A stretch of DNA of 51,042 nt, from positions 1-51,042 of the forward strand of contig JAUCBJ010001567.1 of assembly GCA_032718475.1 (NCBI GenBank), given 5' to 3'. The notes beneath the pieces were generated by a model, which did no database searches, had not been told where the DNA came from, and saw only the letters and a list, made by a program, of their open reading frames with translations. The DNA comes from Nemertoderma westbladi. Taxonomy: Eukaryota > Animalia > Xenacoelomorpha. Positions 29,885 to 41,996 of this stretch are shown piece by piece. Each line of letters begins with the position of its first letter. Positions within the stretch are counted from its first letter, which is position 1. The position numbers and the translations under genes were made by a program.

Positions 29885-31385
29885 ATTCGCATGTCCAATA
29901 ATAAAGCGAGTGGATTAGATGAAATCCCTGCAAAGGTATGGAAAACCGGAGTGCTAAACAGACCATTATTGGATGTTTGCAACCGGATGTTTAAAGGGGA
30001 AAAGCCACCACCAATTTGGACTAAAGGTCAACTAAAGCCTCTCCCCAAGAAAGGAGACCTCGGCATACCAACAAACTATCGTGGGATCTGTCTGCTTGTT
30101 GTAGCTGCCAAAATATACAATAAAATGATTCTATATAGGATTAGGCCTCGCATAGAGAAACTACTGCGTAAGAGCCAAAACGGATTTCGACCAAATAGAT
30201 CAACAATAGCTCAGATACTTGCACTACGGAGACTGATTGAAGGAATTAAGTCAAAGAATCTCCCCGCAGTCATGACTTTTATAGACTTCAAGAAAGCATT
30301 CGACACAATCCATAGAGGTAAAATGCTGGAAATTCTAAGAGCTTATGGAATAACAGAAGTAATTGTTGCTGGCATTGGATTGTTATATTGTGACACAGAA
30401 GCGCAGGTACTCTCACCAGATGGTGAAACTGAGTTCTTATCAATTTTGGGTGGCGTACTGCAAGGTGACACATTGGCGCCATTACTATTTGTAATTGTAC
30501 TGGATTACGCAATGAGGACGGCCACAAAGGGTGAAGATCTGGGATTCACACTTCAAGAACGCAGAAGTAGTAGATATCCGGCAACTACAGTCACAGACAC
30601 CGACTTTGCGGATGACATCGCCCTGCTCTCTAATATGCTAGCAGATGCACAGCTTCTACTAAATAAAGTGGAGAGGGCTGCTAAGGAGGTTGGATTGCAT
30701 ATAAATGCTACCAAGACCGAATTCATGACCTTTAATGTTGATGGAAACTTGACAACCATTGATAATAATAATCAACTAACGAAGGTTGACGACTTCCAGT
30801 ACCTAGGATCATGGATAGAGAGTAGCAAAAAGGACATAGAAGTTAGGAAAGCAATGGCTTGGGTAGCTCTATCAAAAATGGATACCATCTGGAAATCAGA
30901 TCTCTCCAGGCACCTGAAGACTAAGTTCTTTCGAGCCACAGTGGAAAATGTACTTTTATACGTGGGTGAGACCTGGACACTGACGAAATCACTTGAACAA
31001 CGAATTAATGGTTGCTACACAAGTGTAGACCTACTAAGGGCAGCTAAGGCCCTAAACATCAGCTGGAGACAACACATGACAAACGACAAGCTTTATGGTA
31101 CAATACCACCTGTATCAACCACCCTGCGTGAACGCAGATTAAGATTCAGTGGGCACTGCTGGATAAGTAAATACGAGGTCATCATACCAAATCTACTTTT
31201 CTGGCAACAACCAACTCATGGAAAGCGTAGTCGTGGAGGACCGGCCATAACATATATAGATCAACTTGAAAGGGATACTGAACTTGAAAGAAACGAAATT
31301 GCGACAACTATGGAGAATCGGGAAGCCTGGAAGGATCTCATTTCCACTGCCCGAGTTCGTTCGACCTAGTAGTTAGTAGTTGTAG
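29885..31385 (+). mobile_element. 5'-truncated RTE-clade LINE (second family) with an open 492-codon RT frame (29891-31369)
   Basis: NNKASGLDEIP, PKKGDL..NYRGI, QNGFR, FIDFKKAFD, GVLQGDTLAP, DFADD, YLGS, RLRFSGH. (TAG)-like tail. TSD TAGGTA at 29879-29884 and 31386-31391. No endonuclease domain. Confidence 0.93.
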
Positions 31386-31652
31386 TAGGTACTTAAACGC
31401 AACTTATATGAGATTTCGTAGCAAGTATACAATTTATAATTATATAATAACATAATAGAACAGTAAGATAATGCTCACCCATAGCTAAAAATGTCAACCA
31501 CCGACCCTAATGGGGCTAAAACCCGGTTGGTTGGTTGCAACCTTCGCCTGCATCTAACCTTCGCCGGGGGGAAACCTTCGTCCGCAAGGCAATCTTTGCC
31601 CGAGAGCAACCTTCGCTCAATAAGATTTGTTTTAGTAACCATTTTACTTACA

Positions 31653-31708
31653 AATTGAGGAAAGGTGCAGGTTACAGAGACGGCTTTTTCTAACCAAAAC
31701 AATAAACG
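31653..31708. repeat. copy of a dispersed ~55-bp bipartite element
   Basis: aattgaggaaaggtgcaggttacagaga...ttctaaccaaaacaataaac. Similar copies at ~9984, ~24843, ~32418 and ~48465, partial copies at ~19824, ~32772, ~39215 and ~47831. Confidence 0.7.
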
Positions 31709-33353
31709 ATGTTGTTAACAATAGGGGTCTTATTCCCTCAGTACCTACTACTTATTCCCTCCTACCTAACATTTAGGGCCACTGTCAGTACTCAGGCACT
31801 AAGGCCCATTAAAAAAATGAAATACCAAATCGATTTTAGTGCTACATAGCCCAACCCAACTACCACAAGGAAAACTGCACCAAACCATACGTGGAACATA
31901 CAGGTACCGGTAAGTATTGCACGAATAGGCTATCCCATAAAAATTATTTTCATATTAATATCACAATCCCTCTAAAGTCATGGTTGTCTAACGTCATGTT
32001 AGCATATCCATTCGCTGCACACCACCCAGTGAGAGAATGGTCAATTGTGATTCCGAGGGATTAAGTTAGTGGGGTGGGCAACATGTAGGTAGAACCGTGT
32101 GTAATAAGTTATCCATATTCTGTATATATCCGTTGTCCAATATTGGTTATGTTTAGTGTAGAAGTCAAGCGGTTTTAACCGTCGTCATTACTGCCATCAT
32201 TGTGCTATACAGCTATACTGATTGGTATTACCGGTACTTATATATCTGACATTATTAATAACGCTACTACAAAACTCAGTTTATTATACCAGCCTTCGGC
32301 CTATCTATACTTAGCAAGCAGTGAGGCGGACGCGGCGACGCGTATAGACACGACACAAAACCGGTCGGGATCCTGTGCCAACTCGGATCCCGTCACACAT
32401 CATATAATGTTGTTACCAATTGAGGGAAAGGAGCAGGTTACAGAGAGGTTTTTCTAACCAAAACAAAAATTGTTTAGTGGGTGAAGATTGCCCGCGAGCG
32501 AAGGTTTCTCGCGGGGGAAGTTTTCTGTGTACCACCCGGTTCCTAGGTTTCAATCTTCTGGTTATCATGGGCAGGGTGTGTGTGTATCTATGACAACTAA
32601 GGATGAATAATCAATTCGCTATGGAGTGGGTTATCATTATTCTGGCCTTTAACTAATCACTAAAAGGAACACCACTGCAGACGCCAACTATGTAGTTCAG
32701 TGGGTTTAAAAAATTCACATAATTTAAAAACATTAAGGGAACGGAGAAGTTTATAGTGGCACGATGCTTTACAACCAAAACAATAAACAAGACTTTATTT
32801 CAATTGCGGTCAATTTGCGCAACAATCTGTTATTGTAATATAAATAATTACTTTTTACCAAATGGGTCACTTTTTGCTAAATGGTGTGGGTGGGGTAGGG
32901 ACACGCACTGCCCTGGGCCCATAATCCGTCCCTCACTATATTGGGTAAAGATGAAACGATAAACGTTTATTCTAACGATAAACGATAAACAGATTCTACA
33001 CAAAAATTATAAACAATATTGCCGCGCCCTGACTGAATTTACCTCTCGCAAGATATGTGTTAATTAAATGAATACCCAGTTAATGCCGAAGATCCTATTG
33101 GCTACCAATCTACTAAATGCTTGGCAACCAAACTCACTACGTTGGCAATATTATCAATTTTGTAGGTGAAGAGACGTATATAAACTTACAGGCATTACTC
33201 ATTACATTAAATTGTTAATAATATCATAGATAACTGGAATGCGTTTAGGTTCTTACAACACGTGCTAATTGTGCTACTAAAGTGTATCAGTTCAAATTAA
33301 ATGCAATATCATAAATAATTAATTATTACTCTGATAAATAAGATTAAATAAAC

Positions 33354-33528
33354 ATGCCGGACCTTAGTGACGAACAAATAACTGAATTTAAAGAGGCCTT
33401 CCTTCGTTTTGATAAAGAAGGAGAAGGGAAGATGGCGACCAAGCAGTTGGGGACCTTGATGCGGAGTTTGGGACAAAGTCCGACGGAAGGAGAACTCCGA
33501 GCAATGTTAGAATTCGTAGATCCAACAG
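33354..33528 (+). CDS. calmodulin-like EF-hand protein, exon 1
   Basis: [58 protein letters not shown], phase-1 donor G|gtaag at 33529, same position as in CaM. Confidence 0.9.
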
Positions 33529-33665
33529 GTAAGAGTCAAACATATGCTGAAGGGGAACACAACAATTTATAGTTACCATTTCAATTACGTCGCAGCTGAT
33601 ATTAATTTTCCCTAATTCTTCCAATTACTTTCAATTTCAGTTTCAATTACTCTCTAAAATTTCAG

Positions 33666-33827
33666 GAGGCAATACAATCGACTTTCCACAGTTTTGTAAC
33701 CTAATGGAGGAGCACATGAAACCGCCGAAAAGTTCAGAAGAAATCAAGGAATGTTTCAGAGTATTTGATAGAGAACATAACGGATATATACCTGTTGACA
33801 AACTGCGAAATGCCCTCACATCTCAAG
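33666..33827 (+). CDS. calmodulin-like EF-hand protein, exon 2
   Basis: Acceptor tttcag, (G)GNTIDFPQFCNLMEEHMKPPKSSEEIKECFRVFDREHNGYIPVDKLRNALTSQ(G), donor AAG|gtaatt at 33828. 162 nt, the same length as CaM exon 2. Confidence 0.9.
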
Positions 33828-36800
33828 GTAATTAATGACGTCAGGGCCTCACATCTCAAGGTAATTAATGACGTCAAGGCCTCACATCTCAAGGTAATTA
33901 ATGACGTCAAGGCCTCAGATCTCAAGGAAATTAATGATGTGAAGGCCTCACATCTCAAGGTAATTAATGACGTCAAGGCCTCACATCTCAGGTAATTAAT
34001 GACGTCAAAGCCTCACATCTCAAGGTAATTAATGACATCAGGGCCTCACATCTCAAGGTAATTAATGACGTCAGGGCCTTACATCTCAAGGTAATTAATG
34101 ACGTCAGGGCCTTACATCTCAAGGTAATTAATGACGTCAGGGCCTCACATCTCTAGGTAATTAATGACGTCAAGGCCTCACATCTCAAGGTAATTAATGA
34201 CGTCAGGGCCTCACATCTCAAGGTAATTAATGACATCAGGGCCTCACATCTCAAGGTAATTAATGACGTCAAGGCCTCACATCTCAAGGTAATTAATGAC
34301 GTCAAGGCATCACATCTCAAGGTAATTAATGACGTCAAGGCATCACATCTCAAGGTAATTAATGACATCAGGGCCTCACATCTCAAGGTAATTAATGAGG
34401 TCAAGGCCTCAGATCTCAAGGTAATTAATGACGTCAAGGCCTCACATCTAAAGGTAATTAATGAGGTCAAGGCCTCACATCTCAAGGTAATTAATGACGT
34501 CAAGGCCTCAGATCTCAAGGTAATTAATGATGTGAAGGCCTCACATCTCAAGGTAATTAATGACGTCAAGGCCTCACATCTCAAGGTAATTAATGACGTC
34601 AAGGCATCACATCTCAAGGTAATTAATGACATCAGGGCCTCACATCTCAAGGTAATTAATGACGTCAGGGCCTTACATCTCAGGGTAATTAATGACGTCA
34701 GGGCCTTACATCTCAAGGTAATTAATGGCATCAGGGCCTCACATCTCAAGGTAATTAATGACGTCAGGGCCTTACATCTCAGGGTAATTAATGACGTCAG
34801 GGCCTTACATCTCAAGGTAATTAATGGCATCAGGGCCTTACATCTCAGGGTAATTAATGACGTCAAGGCCTCAGATCTCAAGGTAATTAATGATGTGAAG
34901 GCCTCACATCTCAAGGTAATTAATGACGTCAAGGCCTCACATCTCAAGGTAATTAATGACGTCAAGGCCTCACATCTCAAGGTAATTAATGACGTCAAGG
35001 CCTCAGATCTCAAGGTAATTAATGATGTGAAGGCCTCACATCTCAAGGTAATTAATGACGTCAAGGCCTCACATCTCAAGGTAATTAATGACGTCAAGGC
35101 ATCACATCTCAAGGTAATTAATGACATCAGGGCCTCACATCTCAAGGTAATTAATGACGTCAAGGCCTTACATCTCAAGGTAATTAATGAGGTCAAGGCC
35201 TCAGATCTCAAGGTAATTAATGACGTCAAGGCCTCACATCTCAAGGTAATTAATGACGTCAAGGCCTCACATCTCAAGGTAATTAATGACGTCAAGGCCT
35301 CAGATCTCAAGGTAATTAATGATGTGAAGGCCTCACATCTCAAGGTAATTAATGACGTCAAGGCCTCACATCTCAAGGTAATTAATGACGTCAAGGCCTC
35401 ACATCTCAAGGTAATTAATGACGTCAAGGCCTCACATCTCAAGGTAATTAATGAGGTCAAGGCCTCAGATCTCAAGGTAATTAATGACGTCAAGGCCTCA
35501 CATCTCAAGGTAATTAATGACGTCAAGGCCTCACATCTCAAGGTAATTAATGAGGTCAAGGCCTCAGATCTCAAGGTAATTAATGACGTCAAGGCCTCAC
35601 ATCTCAAGGTAATTAATGGCATCAAGGCCTCACATCTCAAGGTAATTAATGACATCAGGGCCTCACATCTCAAGGTAATTAATGACGTCTGGGCCTTACA
35701 TCTCAAGGTAATTAATGACGTCAGGGCCTTACATCTCAAGGTAATTAATGACGTCAGGGCCTCACATCTCAAGGTAATTAATGACGTCAAGGCCTCACAT
35801 CTCAAGGTAATTAATGACGTCAGGGCCTCACATCTCAAGGTAATTAATGACGTCAGGGCCTTACATCTCAGGGTAATTAATGACGTCAGGGCCTTACATC
35901 TCAAGGTAATTAATGGCATCAGGGCCTCACATCTCAAGGTAATTAATGACGTCAGGGCCTTACATCTCAGGGTAATTAATGACGTCAAGGCCTCACATCT
36001 CAAGGTAATTAATGACGTCAAGGCCTCACATCTCAAGGTAATTAATGACGTCAAGGCATCACATCTCAAGGTAATTAATGACATCAGGGCCTCACATCTC
36101 AAGGTAATTAATGACGTCAGGGCCTTACATCTCAAGGTAATTAATGATGTGAAGGCCTCACATCTCAAGGTAATTGATGACGTCAGGGCCTTACATCTCA
36201 AGGTAATTAATGACATCAAGGCCTCACATCTCAAGGAAATTAATGACGTCAAAGCCTCACATCTCAAGGTAATTAATGACGTCAAGGCCTTACATTTTAA
36301 GGTAATTAATGACGTCAGGGCCTTACATCTCAAGGTAATTAATGGCGTCAGGGCCTTACATCTCAATGTAATTAATGACGTCAGGGCCTTACATCTCAAG
36401 GTAATTAATGACGTCAGGGCCTTACATCTCAAGGTAATTCATGACGTCAAGGCCTGACATCTCAAGGTGATTAATGACGTCAAGGCCTTACATCTCAAGG
36501 TGATTAATGACGTCAGGGCCTTACATCTCAAGGTAATTAATGACGTCAGGGCCTTACATCTCAGGGTAATTAATGACGTCAGGGCCTTACATCTCAAGGT
36601 AATTAATGACGTCAAGGCCTCAGATCTCAAGGTAATTAATGACGTCAAGGCCTCACATCTCAAGGCAATTAATGACGTCAGGGTCTTACATCTCAAGGTA
36701 ATTAATGACGTCAGGGCCTCAGATCTCAAGGTAATTAATGACGTCAGGGCCTTACATCTCAAGGTAATTAATGATGTGAAGGCCTCACATCTCAAGGTAA

Positions 36801-39176
36801 TTGATGACGTCAGGGCCTCACATCTCAAGGTAATTAATGACGTCAGGGCCTTACATCTCAAGGTAATTAATGACGTCAGGGTCTTACATCTCAAGGTAAT
36901 TAATGACGTCAGGGCCTCACATCTCAAGGTAATTAATGACGGCAAGGCCTCACATCTCAAGGTAATTAATGACGTCAAGGCCTCACATCTCAAGGCAATT
37001 AATGACGTCAGGGTCTTACATCTCAAGGTAATTAATGACGTCAGGGCCTCACATCTCAAGGTAATTAATGACGTCAGGGCCTTACATCTCAAGGTAATTA
37101 ATGACGTCAGGGCCTTACATCTCAAGGTAATTAATGATGTGAAGGCCTCACATCTCAAGGTAATTGATGACGTCAGGGCCTCACATCTCAAGGTAATTAA
37201 TGACGTCAAAGCCTTACATCTCAAGGTAATTAATGACGTCAGGGCCTTACATCTCAAGGTAATTAATGACGTCAGGGCCTTACATCTCAAGGTAATTAAT
37301 GATGTGAAGGCCTCACATCTCAAGGTAATTGATGACGTCAGGGCCTCACATCTCAAGGTAATTAATGACGTCAGGGCCTTACATCTCAAGGTAATTAATG
37401 ACGTCAGGGTCTTACATCTCAAGGTAATTAATGACGTCAGGGCCTCACATCTCAAGGTAATTAATGACGGCAAGGCCTCACATCTCAAGGTAATTAATGA
37501 CGTCAGGGCCTTACATCTCAAGGTAATTAATGACGTCAGGGCCTTACATCTCAAGGTAATTAATGATGTGAAGGCCTCACATCTCAAGGTAATTGATGAC
37601 GTCAGGGCCTCACATCTCAAGGTAATTAATGACGTCAGGGCCTTACATCTCAAGGTAATTAATGACGTCAGGGCCTTACATCTCAAGGTAATTAATGACG
37701 TCAGGGCCTTACATCTCAGGGTAATTAATGACGTCAGGGCCTTACATCTCAAGGTAATTAATGACGTCAAGGCCTCAGATCTCAAGGTAATTAATGACGT
37801 CAAGGCCTCACATCTCAAGGCAATTAATGACGTCAGGGTCTTACATCTCAAGGGAATTAATGACGTCAGGGCCTCACATCTCAAGGTAATTAATGACGTC
37901 AGGGTCTTACATCTCAAGGTAATTAATGACGTCAAGGCCTCACATCTCAAGGTAATTAATGACGGCAAGGCCTCACATCTCAAGGTAATTAATGACGGCA
38001 AGGCCTCAGATCTCAAGGTAATTAATGACGTCAGGGCCTTACATCTCAAGGCAATTAATGACGTCAGGGTCTTACATCTCAAGGTAATTAATGACGTCAG
38101 GGCCTTACATCTCAAGGTAATTAATGACGTCAGGGCCTCACATCTCAAGGTAATTAATGACGTCAGGGCCTTACATCTCAAGGTAATTAATGACGTCAGG
38201 GTCTTACATCTCAAGGTAATTAATGACGTCAAGGCCTCACATCTCAAGGTAATTAATGACGGCAAGGCCTCACATCTCAAGGTAATTAATGACGTCAGGG
38301 CCTCACATCTCAAGGTAATTAATGACGTCAGGGCCTTACATCTCAAGGTAATTAATGACGTCAGGGTCTTACATCTCAAGGTAATTAATGACGTCAGGGC
38401 CTTACATCTCAAGGTAATTAATGACGTCAGGGCCTCACATCTCAAGGTAATTAATGACGTCAGGGCCTTACATCTCAAGGTAATTAATGACGTCAGGGTC
38501 TTACATCTCAAGGTAATTAATGACGTCAAGGCCTCACATCTCAAGGTAATTAATGACGGCAAGGCCTCACATCTCAAGGTAATTAATGACGGCAAGGCCT
38601 CAGATCTCAAGGTAATTAATGACGTCAGGGCCTTACATCTCAAGGCAATTAATGACGTCAGGGTCTTACATCTCAAGGTAATTAATGTCGTCACGGCCTC
38701 ACATCTCAAGGTAATTAATGACGTCAAGGCCTTACATCTCAAGGTAATTAATGACGTCAAGGCCTTACATCTCAGGTAATTAATTACGTCAGGGCCTTAC
38801 ATCTCAAGGTAATTAATGACGTCAGGGCCTCACATCTCAAGGTAATTAATGATGTCAAGGCCTTACATCTCAGGTAATTAATTACGTCAAGGCCTGACAT
38901 CTCAAGGTAATTGATGACGTCAGGGCCTCACATCTCAAGGTAATTTATGACGTCAGGGCCTCACATCTCTAGGTAATTAATGACGTCAGGGCCTCTCATC
39001 TCATGGTAATTAATGACGTCAGGGCCTTACATCTCAAGGTAATTAATGACGTCAGGGCCTCACATCTCAAGGTAATTAATGACGTCAGGGCCTCAGATCT
39101 CAAGGTAATTAATGACGTCAAGGCATCACATCTCAAGGTAATTAATGACGTCAGGGCCTTGCATCTCAAGGTAATT
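33813..39176. repeat. 33-bp minisatellite, about 160 copies, containing the exon 2/intron junction
   Basis: Unit gtaattaatgacgtca(a/g)ggcctcacatctcaag. The first copy overlaps the coding exon and the last ends aag|gtaatt at 39170/39171. Confidence 0.97.
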
Positions 39177-39346
39177 GTCAAAGTTTCTTGTCAAAGGTTC
39201 GAAAGAGTCATTATACTCCTTTCCCTCAATTGATAACAACAACATTCATTGTTTGGTTAGAACATTATAATATAAAAATAAAAATTATAATATATTATTG
39301 TTTTCCCATGTTGTTTCTCCTTTGAAACATATTTTCGACTCTGTAA

Positions 39347-39537
39347 GGCCGCGTTCACACTACTGAGTCAAAGTCAAAAGACAAAATGTAAAACATAATC
39401 ACAAGAAATGTAATTTGTTCTAGAATGCCCTTATGTATTATATTAGGCCTACATAATGTATTATTATTTATTATTGCTAGCTAGCTATATTTAATTTATT
39501 TTGACTTTGACTTTGACTCGTTAGTGTAAACGCGGCC
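39347..39537. mobile_element. Tourist/PIF-Harbinger-like MITE
   Basis: ~40-bp TIRs GGCCGCGTT(C/T)ACACTA..GAGTCAAAGTCAAA, TSD TAA at 39344-39346 and 39538-39540. Confidence 0.85.
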
Positions 39538-39554
39538 TAACATGTCGTTTTGAC

Positions 39555-39720
39555 ACTTTGACTCGGTCGAACCTTTGACTCGGTCGACCCTTTGACTTGG
39601 TCGAACTTTTGACTCGGTCGACCTTTTGTCTTGGTCGACCTTTTGACTCGGTCACCTTTGATTCGGTCGACCCTTTGACTCGGTCGAACCTTTGTCTGTT
39701 TTGACCCTTTGACTTGACCT
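39555..39720. repeat. ~17-bp tandem repeat (ctttgactcggtcgaac)
   Basis: About nine degenerate copies. Confidence 0.85.
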
Positions 39721-39812
39721 GAAATATTTCATCATAAGAAGATATTAAAAATGAATTATTTCGCAAAATTATTGCATTTGGTATTTAATGAGGATTCTTT
39801 AGAATTAGCTAA

Positions 39813-40232
39813 ATTATTATAACTTTTTGTTGGGCACAACTTTTGCAAAGTCGGCAATGACGTCCAGGTGGGATCGAACTGGTGAACTCCGGGTTGAAAG
39901 TCTGACGCTCTAACCATTCAGCTACCGGCTCAGCGAGTGGTTAAAGACGGCCAAGTACTGTAGGGTTGAGCACAGTGGCAGCAGATGATGGTATTGACAG
40001 ATGGGAGGCCATGAGGTGGTAAATTGCTGACATACAAGGTGTCAGATACTATTTCCAGGTCTATCTTTTACCTGAGCCGCTAGCTGAATGTTCAGAGCGT
40101 CAGACTTTCAACCCTGAGGTCACCAGTTCGATCCCACTTGGACGCCATTGCCGACTTTTCAAAAGCTGTGCCCAACAAAAAGTTATAATAATAGGAAACC
40201 ACTCATTCACCCGTAACACCAATAATAAATTA
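39813..40232. mobile_element. tRNA-derived SINE-like element with two inverted heads (39813-39933 on -, 40072-40192 on +)
   Basis: Each arm has an A-box-like TAGCTGAATG, a tRNA-Lys-like agagcgtcagactttcaa and a B-box GTTCGATCC, but acceptor and T stems do not pair. A 13-bp direct repeat tagctaaattatt lies at 39806 and 40233. Confidence 0.7.
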
Positions 40233-40326
40233 TAGCTAAATTATTGGAGTGCAAAATAAAAGGCGGGTCGTTCACTTACTTTACTTTATGGAACACAATA
40301 ACGTCCTTTTCTTATTTATCTTTCAG

Positions 40327-40433
40327 GAGATTCCCTCAATGAAGCTGAAATCGAAGAATTAATACGAGAATCAGATATCGATGGAGACGGGATGATACGT
40401 TATTCAGAGTTCGTGGACAGAATGATAGATTAA
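40327..40433 (+). CDS. calmodulin-like EF-hand protein, last exon
   Basis: Acceptor tatctttcag, (G)DSLNEAEIEELIRESDIDGDGMIRYSEFVDRMID*. Three exons total 444 nt = 147 aa plus stop. Not in the ORF track. Confidence 0.9.
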
Positions 40434-40786
40434 CTAGATTGCTTAGTTATTTACGCTTGTAGTGTATAAATATTTAGATTAAAATAATTACAATATATTT
40501 AATAGTAACAAGTTGCATTGCATATTAATTATCGTGTTTATAAATATAAAACATGTGACATCTTCAGTTCAAGGTTGCCAACAATACAAAATCATCTGCG
40601 TAAGTTTACACAACGCGATTGAGCGAACTTAGGGTTCTCATTTTAAAGTTGAAGTTGAACAGCATTGATAACTATAGTAACAATGCTATATTCTATAATC
40701 CCGCATAAACAGTGTCGCTAAATCTAAAGCTATAGCTACTCGGAGGCCCTTTAACTAGCAGTTTAAGATACCCGTACTGGTTCAAC

Positions 40787-41329
40787 ATGCCAACAACTAT
40801 TAAGGAAGCAATCATCCAATGGGAACATAGAAATGATGGAATTAAAGCTAGCGAGAGCGCAGTTGTGAAACTAAACGGCATATATCCACCAATAGAGAAG
40901 ATGGACCCAGGTCTCACTCATTTGAGTATGTGTGAGCAACTCAGTCTGAGCACCAACTGTATTGAAAAAATATCCCATCTAAACGGTCTGAAACGTCTCA
41001 AAATTCTGAGTCTCGGTAGGAACTTAATTAAGAGTTTAAACGGATTGGAACCACTTCGAGATACTTTGGAACAGCTGTGGATGTCCTACAACTTCGTGGA
41101 ACACTTGAAAGGTATCCATATGTTTAAGAAACTAGAAGTTCTGTATATTAGTTTCAACCTGATTAAAGATATCAAAGATCTCCACGCAATACCGAGTCTT
41201 GTCGAGTTGGTTATGGTTGGTAACCCCGTCGAGGTTCGGATGACCGAAGAAGGAACCTGGAGAGAGGAAGTTACGAAAAAACTTCCTGGACTTAAGAAAC
41301 TTGACGGAGAAAATATTATGAAGCTATAG
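40787..41329 (+). CDS. DNAL1: dynein axonemal light chain 1 (LC1, leucine-rich repeat), intronless
   Basis: [58 protein letters not shown] are DNAL1 signature motifs. AATAAA at ~41373. Confidence 0.93.
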   Translation: MPTTIKEAIIQWEHRNDGIKASESAVVKLNGIYPPIEKMDPGLTHLSMCEQLSLSTNCIEKISHLNGLKRLKILSLGRNLIKSLNGLEPLRDTLEQLWMSYNFVEHLKGIHMFKKLEVLYISFNLIKDIKDLHAIPSLVELVMVGNPVEVRMTEEGTWREEVTKKLPGLKKLDGENIMKL

Positions 41330-41640
41330 TAAAATTATAACGGTTTTTATAACTTTTGTAAACTCACTACATAAATAAATAGATGTGCTATTGTGCGCTT
41401 ACCTCATAGTGATATAAAGTTAGAATGGTTAATGAACTATTATTTGATTGGACGTTGAAATCATGTAAGGAATAGTGAGAGGGGTCGAACTAGGTTGAAC
41501 CTGTAATATACTTTATTCCAAAATTGTAACATTACTCAACGCCGTTGTAGTAACAGCGAGTTGTTATATAACACTTTACAACTTTAGAGGACATTACAGC
41601 ATTGTATTGGCCTGTACATTTAGTATTGTATTTGGTGTTA

Positions 41641-41727
41641 TTGTTTACGTGGTAACCCATGACGGCGTTAAGTAATGTCCACTAAGGGGACATTACTTAA
41701 CGCCGTCATTGGATACCACGTAAACAA
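41641..41727. mobile_element. 87-bp near-perfect palindrome flanked by TA (mini-MITE)
   Basis: ttgtttacgtggta.cc.atgacggcgttaagtaatgtcc-N7-ggacattacttaacgccgtcat.gg.taccacgtaaacaa. Confidence 0.7.
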
Positions 41728-41996
41728 TAGGTGGAAATTTGCCTGACAGCCAGATAGGCCTACTGCATTACCTACCGGTAGGCGGGATATAGCTATTAAT
41801 ATCCAGTAGGGCCTAGCTATATTATTAAAACATGACTCCAAACGCCACCATAAATATAAGCTAACTTATTTATAACATAATTTATGTCATATTTACATTT
41901 ATTTATACAGCAACTAATATAATTTGTGCAGTTTCTATCACTTATAATATATGTACAATAATTTCGTAATGTTAAAAGTTTGGAATAAAACTATAT

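Noticed and set aside
31500-32545. possible non-autonomous element with inverted ccttcg(c)/(g)cgaagg subterminal motifs
   Set aside because: Termini and TSD could not be defined.
34153-39233. 640-770-aa LRR-looking ORFs (ALTSLITLRCE)n and (KASHLKVINDV)n
   Set aside because: Products of a 33-bp unit. Frames break at single-base deletions, and the true exon frame stops at once.
39860-40148. functional tRNA genes (TTC anticodon)
   Set aside because: Acceptor, anticodon and T stems pair poorly, and shared 3' extensions indicate SINE-like heads.
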